Positions 49,484 through 58,112 of a stretch of 64,000 nucleotides of DNA are shown here, in pieces. The notes below the pieces were generated by a model, which was not told the DNA's origin, made no database searches, and saw only the letters and a program-made list of their open reading frames with translations. The stretch is from NCBI GenBank assembly GCA_050951545.1, contig JBMNJG010000012.1, positions 32,001-96,000 of the forward strand. Reading direction: 5' to 3'. The position numbers and the translations under genes are program-made. This DNA is from Limnochordia bacterium. GTDB lineage: Bacteria > Bacillota > Limnochordia > DTU080. Position 1 is the first letter of the stretch. Every line of letters starts with the position of its first letter.

Positions 49484-50761
49484 CTAGCGCATCCGAGCGC
49501 TGGCAGACAAAGCTGCGTTCTGCAGGAGACCATGAGCGGCCAGGCTGCACAGCGCCGTCTCAAGGGCCACCTCGGTCTGATCACGGGATATGGTTCCCTG
49601 CATGAAGACCGCGTAAGGCGGTCGCAACGGACCATCGGCAGAGAGCTCGCTTGAGGAGCCCTGCACAAAGGTCCCTGCTGCCATGATCACGTGATGCGTG
49701 TATCCGGGTAGCTCGTCAGGAATAGGTCTGGCGGTGCTGTCTACTGGCGAAGCCGCTTGTACCGCTTGGCAGAAGCGTAAGAGAGCCTCCCTACTCTCGA
49801 GTACGATGACCTGTACAGTGTCACCACGTACCTCATCCCATCGGGGTGAGACCGAGTAGCCCAGACTCGCAAAGACGTGAGCCGCTAGGCTGGCACTGCA
49901 AACGGCTTCGCAAACAAGCAGCGGAGCGAAGTAGAAGCCTTGTAGCAGCAGACGGCCGACGCCAAGCATGGGACCAACCCTGGCTCCCAACCCTGGCGCG
50001 GTGATCTCATCAGCCACGCGGTCAATCAAATCAGCTCGACCGACTACGTAGCCGCCAGCAGGAGCCAGAGTGCCCCCTGGATTCTTGATGAGCGAACCTG
50101 CCATCAAGTCCACTCCGAAGTGGGTAGGCTCCACCTCTTCGACGAACTCGCCGTAACAGTTATCTACGAAACAGATAGTGTCAGGAGCAGCGGCTTTGAT
50201 GGCTCGCACTGCGTCTCCAATTTCAGCAGCTGTCAACGAACGGCGAAGTGAGTAGCCGCGAGAGCGCTGGAGCATAACGACCCGTGTGTTTGGCGAGATG
50301 CTCGCCGTCACTTTCTCGATGTCGATAGTTCCCTCAGGGGTGAGCGGACACTCCTGATAGGTGATGCCCCAGTCTTGCATAGAGCGTCCTGGCCCTCCAA
50401 TGATGCGCTGAAGAGTGTCATAGGGAGGCCCGGTGGCAGAGAGCAATTCATCACCAGGCCGTAAGAGGCCGAACAGCGAAGCCGAAATGGCATGCGTGCC
50501 CGACACCACCTGTGGTCGCACCAAGGCACTCTCGGTGGCAAAGACGTCGGCGTAGATCTGCTCTAGGGCTTCGCGGGCAGGATCGTTGTAGCCGTAGCCT
50601 GTCGTTCCGGCCAAATGGTACTCGCTAACTTGAGCACGACGAAAGGCGGCCAGTACGCGTCGTTGGTTGTGGCGACGGATAAGGGCCGCACGCTCCCACG
50701 TCTTCCTTACGGCCACACGTGATTTCGCAACGATATCAGTGGCCCATTGTATATCGGTCAA
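49484..50761 (-). CDS. ynbB: YnbB-like PLP enzyme (methionine gamma-lyase/aluminium resistance family)
   Basis: GTTGYGYND, SGTHAI, QRSRGYS, DNCYGEF, GSLIKNPGG, ELSADGP; TTG start behind AGGAGG. Confidence 0.9.
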   Translation of the reverse strand: MTDIQWATDIVAKSRVAVRKTWERAALIRRHNQRRVLAAFRRAQVSEYHLAGTTGYGYNDPAREALEQIYADVFATESALVRPQVVSGTHAISASLFGLLRPGDELLSATGPPYDTLQRIIGGPGRSMQDWGITYQECPLTPEGTIDIEKVTASISPNTRVVMLQRSRGYSLRRSLTAAEIGDAVRAIKAAAPDTICFVDNCYGEFVEEVEPTHFGVDLMAGSLIKNPGGTLAPAGGYVVGRADLIDRVADEITAPGLGARVGPMLGVGRLLLQGFYFAPLLVCEAVCSASLAAHVFASLGYSVSPRWDEVRGDTVQVIVLESREALLRFCQAVQAASPVDSTARPIPDELPGYTHHVIMAAGTFVQGSSSELSADGPLRPPYAVFMQGTISRDQTEVALETALCSLAAHGLLQNAALSASARMR

Positions 50762-50822
50762 TGGCGTGCGCCTCCTAGAAACGGTCAGTCTCAAATTCTC
50801 CATGCACCCCAGTAAAAACCTT

Positions 50823-50868
50823 CTCCTTTGAAAATCCTTCTACGCTGCGCCATCGACATGAGCGCCCC
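50823..50868 (-). repeat. 46-bp direct repeat, copy B
   Basis: 38/46 identical to 48795-48840. Confidence 0.8.
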
Positions 50869-50970
50869 CCACTAGCGTAGTCTGGTCAACCAGTCGTGGT
50901 TTTGCTATTCTTAACCCGGACAGATTTCCAGATACGATGACATCTCGGTCTAGATGGTCACCGGGGGGCA

Positions 50971-51879
50971 TTGGTTTTGAGTGAGAGACTGCGTGTAGCT
51001 ATCGTTGGATACGGTAACGTCGGGCAATACGCACTGAAAGCGGTGCAGTCTGCGCCCGATATGGAGTTGACAGGTGTCGTACGTCGTAACGCTCAGGCTC
51101 CTCAGCCCGCTGAGTTGGCTGAACTGAAGGTTGTCGCCGATATCAAGGATCTTCGCGAGACACAGGCAGCGCTGCTTTGCCTGCCTACGCGGTTGGTGCC
51201 CGAGCATGCGAGCCGCATCTTGAGCATGGGGATTCACACCGCTGATGGTTACGATATCCATGGTGAGCTCGCAGAGCTGCGGCACCGTTTGGACAAAGTG
51301 GCGCAACGGGCAGGGTCGGTAGCGGTTATCTCGTGCGGGTGGGATCCAGGGACAAACTCACTGGTGCGAGCGATGCTTGAGTTGATGGCACCACGGGGCG
51401 TCACCTACACGAACTACGGACCTGGCATGTCCATGGGACATACGGTGGTGGTCAAGGCCATTCAGGGCGTGAAAGACGCTCTGTCTGTCACCATTCCGGC
51501 AGGAATGGGAGTGCACAAAAGGGCTGTCTATGTGGAGCTATTGCCTGGAGCGGACTTTGCCGCTGTAGAGGAAGCGATTAAGACCGACCCCTATTTCGTC
51601 AATGACGAGACCCGGGTAACGCAAGTAGAGGATGTTCAGAGTCTGATCGATATGGGTCATGGAGTGCTCTTGGAGCGTAAAGGCGCTTCCTCGGCGACTG
51701 ACAATCAGCTATTCACCTTTGACATCCGTATCAACAATCCCGCCCTGACAGCACAGATCATGACGGCTTCATTGCGGGCGGCCTCACGACAGCAGCCAGG
51801 GTGCTACACCATGCTTGAGATACCCATCATTGATTTTCTTCCGGGTGATCGGGGCAGCTTGATTCGGCGTCTCGTGTAA
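50971..51879 (+). CDS. ddh: meso-diaminopimelate dehydrogenase
   Basis: [33 protein letters not shown]. Confidence 0.93.
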   Translation: MVLSERLRVAIVGYGNVGQYALKAVQSAPDMELTGVVRRNAQAPQPAELAELKVVADIKDLRETQAALLCLPTRLVPEHASRILSMGIHTADGYDIHGELAELRHRLDKVAQRAGSVAVISCGWDPGTNSLVRAMLELMAPRGVTYTNYGPGMSMGHTVVVKAIQGVKDALSVTIPAGMGVHKRAVYVELLPGADFAAVEEAIKTDPYFVNDETRVTQVEDVQSLIDMGHGVLLERKGASSATDNQLFTFDIRINNPALTAQIMTASLRAASRQQPGCYTMLEIPIIDFLPGDRGSLIRRLV

Positions 51880-52087
51880 GGATCTGGGATGGTGATGGGT
51901 GTTGGTGGGCTGGTGCCGTACACAAGATGCAGTAGCCTTTCTCACAGTTGAGACGGCGTAGCTCGAGCGGGGCGAAAAGAAGCCCTTGACGAAAGCCTGT
52001 GCTCAACCCGTGTCGCCGTCCGGTGGCATAGCCCACGAGTAGGCCCGCCAGCAGCATGAGGGTACCCGGGCCCAGAAATGGACTCAT
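51827..52087 (-). CDS. Small membrane-anchored protein with CxxC
   Basis: TM helix, G..G...GF..G...APLELR...GYCILC; ATG at 52087 overlaps the upstream stop. Confidence 0.65.
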   Translation of the reverse strand: MSPFLGPGTLMLLAGLLVGYATGRRHGLSTGFRQGLLFAPLELRRLNCEKGYCILCTAPAHQHPSPSQILTRDAESSCPDHPEENQ

Positions 52088-52734
52088 CACACTATCACCG
52101 TCCCTGATCGTCGATGGAAGATGCGGTCTATGACGGTGGCCACGATCAGTGTCAAGAGAGTAAGCATGAGGCTGAGAGACGCGCCAATCGCCACACATAG
52201 CAGCCCGCATAGCATAACCTCGCCGGTTCCATAGAGGTGGCACCAGTTGCGTCCGCCTGTGTGCTTGTCGATTCTCAGATCAACGAGATCATCGAGAGCC
52301 TGTATAGCGATCATCATCGTCATGGCCCAAGTCATTAGCATGGGGCCAGCACCCAATGTGCCGATGAGCATAGCTAGCAGGCTTTCCTGGTAGCCCCGCA
52401 GCCCGGAGGGGAGCGCTCGCGTGGGGTCACTCGCCATACCGACAGCGTAGGCGCCCAAGAAGAGCGTAGCTGCTAGTCTCGGAGCGAGCAGGCTGCCCAC
52501 GCTTAGCCCAGCCAAGGCATAGGGCAAGGAGGCGCTCCCGAAGCGGTGGGCTGGCGTTTGGAGTCCCTGACGTAGATCGAGCGCAGCATCGAGGAAGTCA
52601 TCCATTAGTCGTATCGCGAGACCGACTGCACATACGCCAACGAGGGTAGCTAGTAGGTTGCTGTAAGAGGAGATCCCGGCCTCTCGGCCAGCCCTGCCCA
52701 ACAAGGAGAACACCCTACACCCAGCTCCACACAA
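52087..52734 (-). CDS. Membrane protein with two UbiA-like aspartate-rich motifs
   Basis: MDDFLD...D and LDDLVDLRIDKHTGGRN among TM helices; start uncertain. Confidence 0.65.
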   Translation of the reverse strand: MCGAGCRVFSLLGRAGREAGISSYSNLLATLVGVCAVGLAIRLMDDFLDAALDLRQGLQTPAHRFGSASLPYALAGLSVGSLLAPRLAATLFLGAYAVGMASDPTRALPSGLRGYQESLLAMLIGTLGAGPMLMTWAMTMMIAIQALDDLVDLRIDKHTGGRNWCHLYGTGEVMLCGLLCVAIGASLSLMLTLLTLIVATVIDRIFHRRSGTVIV

Positions 52735-53326
52735 AGCGCTTCACCTCCTTGAAACCTTGGCTGTAAAGAGCTGAGATGGGAATGATGAGATGACCGACGA
52801 ACTCCCTGCGGATGATCTCCAATCCTGCAGTAGCGCAGGGCAGATCCATCTTGTTTGCCAGAATGCAGTAGCCTCCGCGCATCTGGGCGAATTGCGCTAC
52901 CTGGTAGTCGACCTCACCAAGAGCTTCTACGGCACCTCGGTCGGCTGCTTTGGAGGCGTCTACCATGTGTAGAATGGCGCGTGCCTGGCGCACGTTCGCC
53001 AGTGTCTGAGCCATGGCCCTGCGCACCCCTACGTCTATGTGAATACCGTCCATGAGTCCGCTGGTATCCACGAGTTCAAAGCTCTTCGACCCCTTCCCCG
53101 CTGGCAGCTCCAGAGTAATCGACTGCAGGCGGCGCGTCTGGTGGGGAGCTGTACCCGAAAGGTCACGAACAGCGGTCTCCACCGCGTAGGCTTGTACCTG
53201 GCGATTTCCCGTGGGATCAAGGCTTGTCACATGTACATGCGACATTCCGAGATATCGAGCGAAATGCAGTACGAAGAGGCTCTTCCCCACATTTGTCTTG
53301 CCGATGACTAGGCATCTGCTCACCAA
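52715..53326 (-). CDS. Small TRAFAC GTPase (MMR_HSR1-like)
   Basis: G1 GKTNVGKS, G3 DTSG, G4 NKMD, G5 ISA. Confidence 0.85.
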   Translation of the reverse strand: MVSRCLVIGKTNVGKSLFVLHFARYLGMSHVHVTSLDPTGNRQVQAYAVETAVRDLSGTAPHQTRRLQSITLELPAGKGSKSFELVDTSGLMDGIHIDVGVRRAMAQTLANVRQARAILHMVDASKAADRGAVEALGEVDYQVAQFAQMRGGYCILANKMDLPCATAGLEIIRREFVGHLIIPISALYSQGFKEVKRFVWSWV

Positions 53327-54318
53327 TCGGAGAGTACCTCCTCGATGTCTGTTTCACGGATAAGCATGAGATCTGTACGGGTGATCACCTTGCGTTCGAC
53401 CAGGCGCACGGCTTGTTTGCGGATGGCCCGTTCTATGATGTTGCGGACCAGGCGAGCATTACCAAAGTGCGGGTCCTCACTATCTAGCGCTGCCTGCAGG
53501 AGATTTTCGAGCTTAGCCTTGGCCTCTGGTGAGAGACGATACTGGCGCTGTTTCACCATCAGGTCGGCAATGCGCTGCAGTTCACCAAGACTGTAGTCAG
53601 GGAAGTCGATTTGAATCGGAAAGCGCGAGCGAAGACCAGGGTTGCAGTGGAGAAAGTAGTCCATTTCGCGTCTGTAGCCAGCCAGAATAAGTATCAACTC
53701 TTCCTTGTGATCCTCCATGGCTTTGACGAGACTGTCGATCGCCTCTTTTCCAAAATCCTTCTCGCCACCTCTGGCCAAGGAGTAGGCCTCATCGACAAAA
53801 AGGATGCCCCCAAGAGCCTTCTTCACCAGCTCTCGACTTTTCTGAGCAGTGTGACCGATATACTCCCCTACCAGGTCAGCCCGTTCACCTTCGATGAGAT
53901 GGCCTTTGGGCAAGACCCCTAGTTCCCTGAAGATGCGTCCGAAGATGCGGGCCACGGTCGTCTTCCCAGTGCCGGGATTGCCCTTGAAAACCATATGAAG
54001 CACAACAGGCTCGGTAACAAGCATCTCAGCTTTTCGACGCTGTTGGATCTCTACAAAGGCACGGACTTCACGCACGAGGGTCTTGATCTCATCAAGTCCG
54101 ATAAGGCGATCGAGCTCTTCCAGCACCTGAGCCACTCGTTTCTGCTTTTCGCTTTCGTCATCAGGTGGTCGTAGACGCGTCTCAGAAGGCCGTCGTGGCA
54201 CGAACTGGCCAGGCGGTCGCGCGTCAAGCTGACGAAACATGGAGAATGCCTCGGCAGGAGTAAGCTGCCCTTGCTCAAAAAGTTGGAGAATATCCTCAGC
54301 GGTCCGTGGTAGGGACAC
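53320..54318 (-). CDS. spoVK: SpoVK-family AAA+ ATPase
   Basis: HMVFKGNPGTGKTT, ERADLVGEYIGHTA, DEAYSLARGGEKDFG, NPGLRSRF. Confidence 0.92.
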   Translation of the reverse strand: MSLPRTAEDILQLFEQGQLTPAEAFSMFRQLDARPPGQFVPRRPSETRLRPPDDESEKQKRVAQVLEELDRLIGLDEIKTLVREVRAFVEIQQRRKAEMLVTEPVVLHMVFKGNPGTGKTTVARIFGRIFRELGVLPKGHLIEGERADLVGEYIGHTAQKSRELVKKALGGILFVDEAYSLARGGEKDFGKEAIDSLVKAMEDHKEELILILAGYRREMDYFLHCNPGLRSRFPIQIDFPDYSLGELQRIADLMVKQRQYRLSPEAKAKLENLLQAALDSEDPHFGNARLVRNIIERAIRKQAVRLVERKVITRTDLMLIRETDIEEVLSDW

Positions 54319-54395
54319 GAGGAGGCTCACCCCCCGCTGCTTGCGGTTCACTTTGCATGTATATGCGACAGAGCGATCCGCCATGTGAACTGCTG

Positions 54396-55379
54396 TTAGA
54401 GGTGAGCGCGTCCCCTCTTCTCCCAATGCAGAAGGCGACGAACGTGAGGAAGGATGGCCTGGGAAGCGGCGTATGGGTTAGGCCAGATGCTGAGGTCAAA
54501 CCAACGAATGTCGGGTTGATTTCGAAACCAGGTATACTGGCGCTTGGCGTATCGGCGTGTTGCCTGCTGAAGGTGGGCAGTAGCCTCTTCGAGCGAGCAA
54601 TCACCTTCGAGATAGGCGCGCATCTCCTTATACCCCAGGGCCTGCGCGGCGACCGAGCCTTCATCTAGTGTACCTGCAGTAAGGAGGTCAGCCACCTCTC
54701 GCAGCAGCCCCTGCCCGATCATGGCGACCACCCTTTGGTTGATTCTCTCGTATAGCTGAGCACGAGGGCGTGTCAAGCCAACGGTGGCAGTGTGGTAAAG
54801 AGGCTCGGCGGCGGAGGCCTTGGCCAGATGCTCAGACATTGGCACGCGTGTGCGAATGTAGACCTCAAGGGCTCGCGTGACGCGGCGCACGTCATTCGGA
54901 TGAAGCCGCGCCGCGCTAGGTGCATCCACTTCAGCTAAGCGATCGTGGAGTGCCTGTGGACCTTCAGCTTCCGCGAAAGCGGCTAGTTGTTCACGCACAG
55001 CACGTGAGCTGCCAGTGTCTGGGAAGAGGAACTCCCCGAGCACAGCCTTCACGTAAAGCCCGGTCCCACCGCTCAAGATGGGCAGATGACCTCGCTCGTG
55101 TATCTGGGAAATGGCAACACGAGCGAGATCGCGGTAGCGGGCAACGTTAAACGAATCACGCGGATCCGCGACATTGAGTAGATGATGCGGTACTCCTTTC
55201 ATCTCCGACGATGTGGGTTTGGCAGTACCGATGTTGAGTCCGCGGTACACTTGCATGGAGTCCGCACTGACCACCTCGCCCTGCAACGATAATGCCAGCT
55301 CGATGCCCACAGCGGTTTTGCCTACTGCTGTAGGACCAACGAGAACTAGCAGAGGTGGCTTAGATGGCATCTCGGTCAA
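54396..55379 (-). CDS. miaA: tRNA dimethylallyltransferase
   Basis: GPTAVGKT, DSMQVY, IGTAKP, GGTGLY, YAKRQYTWF. Confidence 0.97.
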   Translation of the reverse strand: MTEMPSKPPLLVLVGPTAVGKTAVGIELALSLQGEVVSADSMQVYRGLNIGTAKPTSSEMKGVPHHLLNVADPRDSFNVARYRDLARVAISQIHERGHLPILSGGTGLYVKAVLGEFLFPDTGSSRAVREQLAAFAEAEGPQALHDRLAEVDAPSAARLHPNDVRRVTRALEVYIRTRVPMSEHLAKASAAEPLYHTATVGLTRPRAQLYERINQRVVAMIGQGLLREVADLLTAGTLDEGSVAAQALGYKEMRAYLEGDCSLEEATAHLQQATRRYAKRQYTWFRNQPDIRWFDLSIWPNPYAASQAILPHVRRLLHWEKRGRAHL

Positions 55380-56191
55380 AAATATACCTCCTTGCGTGCT
55401 TGTCGCAGCAGATAAACGATCCGGCTCCGACGGCCTCCACGGATAGCATCCCAGTGCATACTGGTGTGTAGGGGTCCGCCCCGGCGATCTTTCACTACCA
55501 CTAAGCGCCGGGCTACAGCAGAGGCCAGCTCCAGTGTTTCGCTAGTGAGGGGCGCATAGTTGGCGAGAGGGCGTAGGGGCGCGATGCTATGGCTGGAAGT
55601 TACCGGCTCCGAAAACATAGGGTCAAAGTAGACGACATCGAAGCTTCTCGGTGTGCAGGAAGCGAGGAACTGGGTGTGCTCGGCATGACGAATGCGGACG
55701 CGGCGCATGGCAGTCGTAAGAGTCGGACCCTGGCCGGGGTACTGAGACAGACCTACCTTGAGTAGCAGAGCCAACACACCTTCCGACTCCAAGCCAACCA
55801 CGCGTCCTGTGGGGCCTACGACATGGGCACAGACCACTGCGTCGGAGGCCAGCCCCGCCGTGCAATCCAATACACTATCACCTGGGCGAAGCTGCATGGC
55901 TTCCACCATAGAGTCGCCTTCGCCGCGCCTGAGAGCAGCCACCCGATGTAATGCCATTCCCGGATGGTAGAACAGCACACCCTGAGGTGTCCATGCGGAG
56001 AGCTCCTCTTCCCTTACGATCAGAGCACCCACCACAGGGTGCTGTAGAGCCTGTGCGGCGATTTCTACGATACTGGGTAATGAACGACCAGCCCGCGGCA
56101 CATACGGTACGTGCAACGCGCGGGCATAGGCTCTTGCTCGGCGGATATCGGTGGGGGTGGGTCGCCGGGAGGTAGTGACTGCTACATCCAT
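55376..56191 (-). CDS. Class I SAM-dependent methyltransferase (RsmJ-like)
   Basis: VLDCTAGLASDA, DVVYFDPMF; usual position between mutL and miaA. Confidence 0.85.
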   Translation of the reverse strand: MDVAVTTSRRPTPTDIRRARAYARALHVPYVPRAGRSLPSIVEIAAQALQHPVVGALIVREEELSAWTPQGVLFYHPGMALHRVAALRRGEGDSMVEAMQLRPGDSVLDCTAGLASDAVVCAHVVGPTGRVVGLESEGVLALLLKVGLSQYPGQGPTLTTAMRRVRIRHAEHTQFLASCTPRSFDVVYFDPMFSEPVTSSHSIAPLRPLANYAPLTSETLELASAVARRLVVVKDRRGGPLHTSMHWDAIRGGRRSRIVYLLRQARKEVYF

Positions 56192-56203
56192 CGTACTATC
56201 GCC

Positions 56204-58057
56204 TCAACGGCGACCAAACCTCCTCTCCAACTCGGTCTGATCAATGGCGATCATTATCGGGCGTCCATGGGGACAAGCAAACGGGTTGGTGGTCCTAGCG
56301 AGTTGGCTCAGTAACGCTCGTTGGGCGGCACCCTCCAGGTGCCTACCCGCTTTGATGGCCGCCTTGCAGGCAATCATCGCCGCAGCTCTCTCTCGCCGTG
56401 CACTGCCTCCTTCGTCCCACATCGAAACGATCTCTACAAGCAGTTCACTCAGGCCAGCTTCATCGGGTTTCTGGCTGGCTTCGAGAGGTGTGGAGCGTAG
56501 CATGTACGTTGTGCCGCCAAACTCCTCCAGAGCAAACCCCATCTCCCGCAGGGTTTGCAGCTTGGCCTCTACCATCGTTGCTTCTGTGGGTGTGAAGGTC
56601 AGTGTCAAGGGGGCCAACAGCATTTGGCTAGCCGATCGTTCATGTCTGGCGAGAATGTCTTCGTACAGAACGCGCTCGTGGGCAACGTGCTGGTCGATGA
56701 GCCATAGACCGTAAGGACTGGCCACTGCGATGAACGTGTTCAGAATCTGGCCCATGGGCGATGCTTGTGAGAGAAACCTCCGCACGGCCTGCGCCTCAGG
56801 TGGGGCCTGTTTGAGTGCGAGAGGGGCCCGCATGTGTTGTAGCAGTTCGGTCTTGTCTGGTGCAGACTCGAAGTATACCCCTAACGGGTGCTGAGCAATC
56901 TCTGGTTTCGTGTCTTGGTCCACGCCCGCCTCTCTGATGAAGCCGGGCTCCATCACCACCTGGCGGTCTGCGATGGGCACATGTGGCCGAGCCTCGGTTC
57001 GCGATCCGACCGACTGCACAGGCGTCACGTGAGGCATAAGGTTCGCGCCACCCAGACCTGCACGCACAGCTAGCATGACCTGCTTGAACATCTCGCGGTC
57101 GTCACGGAAGCGCACCTCCGTCTTTGCCGGGTGCACATTGACATCTATGAGGGTGGGATCTACTTTCAGGTGCAGCACAGCCACAGGAAAGCGCCGTGAA
57201 GGTAACATGCTCTCATAGCCTTTCTCAATCGCCGCGTACAAAAGGCGGTTTTGCACCCAGCGACCATTAACGAAAACTGATTCGTGCGAACGGTTCGACT
57301 TGGCATCCTCGGGCGGTGACACATACCCACTCACTGTGACAAAGGGACCCTCCCACTCCACGGGGATCATCCTGCGGGCCAGAGTGGCGCCGTATATGGC
57401 TCCGAAGGCCGTCAGGAGATCGCTTGTTCCTGGCGTTCTCAAGATGCTCGTACTATCCCCGATGAGATGAAAGGCAATGCCTGGGTGCGCCAAGGCCATG
57501 TGGCTTACGTACTCGGTGCAATAGCGCTTCTCGGTGGGGGCCTGCTTCATGAACTTCAGACGGGCGGGGGTGTTGTAAAACAGGCGCCGCACTACCACTG
57601 TAGTTCCTGGTGCGCCTGCCCATGGGCCTGCCTGTTTTGTGTGCCCCCCTACTACAGTGAGTCGCGCTGCTTCATCAGCGTCGGAAGTGCGCGAGATGAT
57701 CTCTACTTCGGAACACGAGGCTATTGACGGCAAGGCTTCTCCGCGAAACCCAAGTGACGAAACGCTCGCGAGGTCAGCGGCTGTGGTGATTTTACTCGTA
57801 GCGTGCCGAAGAAAGGCAGTTCGCAGGTCATCCTGACCGATACCGCAACCATCGTCAGTGACTCGGATATACTCCTTACCACCATCTCGTATCTCGATCT
57901 CTATTTGCCGGGCGTCAGCGTCGACAGCGTTCTCTACGAGCTCTTTGACGACTGATGCCGGCCGTTCGACGACTTCGCCAGCCGCGATCTTATTGGCGAC
58001 ATCTGTGGCGAGCACTCGAATCACTTGCGTATCTTGCATCGATGACTCCGAAAGCAT
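56204..58057 (-). CDS. mutL: DNA mismatch repair endonuclease MutL
   Basis: IAAGEVVERP, GFRGEAL, DQHVAHE, ACK, CPHGRP. Confidence 0.97.
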   Translation of the reverse strand: MLSESSMQDTQVIRVLATDVANKIAAGEVVERPASVVKELVENAVDADARQIEIEIRDGGKEYIRVTDDGCGIGQDDLRTAFLRHATSKITTAADLASVSSLGFRGEALPSIASCSEVEIISRTSDADEAARLTVVGGHTKQAGPWAGAPGTTVVVRRLFYNTPARLKFMKQAPTEKRYCTEYVSHMALAHPGIAFHLIGDSTSILRTPGTSDLLTAFGAIYGATLARRMIPVEWEGPFVTVSGYVSPPEDAKSNRSHESVFVNGRWVQNRLLYAAIEKGYESMLPSRRFPVAVLHLKVDPTLIDVNVHPAKTEVRFRDDREMFKQVMLAVRAGLGGANLMPHVTPVQSVGSRTEARPHVPIADRQVVMEPGFIREAGVDQDTKPEIAQHPLGVYFESAPDKTELLQHMRAPLALKQAPPEAQAVRRFLSQASPMGQILNTFIAVASPYGLWLIDQHVAHERVLYEDILARHERSASQMLLAPLTLTFTPTEATMVEAKLQTLREMGFALEEFGGTTYMLRSTPLEASQKPDEAGLSELLVEIVSMWDEGGSARRERAAAMIACKAAIKAGRHLEGAAQRALLSQLARTTNPFACPHGRPIMIAIDQTELERRFGRR

Positions 58058-58112
58058 CAGTCCAGACCTCCTTGGTCTACCGCCCCACCCCACTCACGAG
58101 AATCAGCGCTTC

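Noticed and set aside
48795-50868. Repeat pair as CRISPR repeats or IS ends
   Set aside because: Only two close copies, 2 kb apart and in direct orientation, enclosing housekeeping genes with no cas gene or transposase
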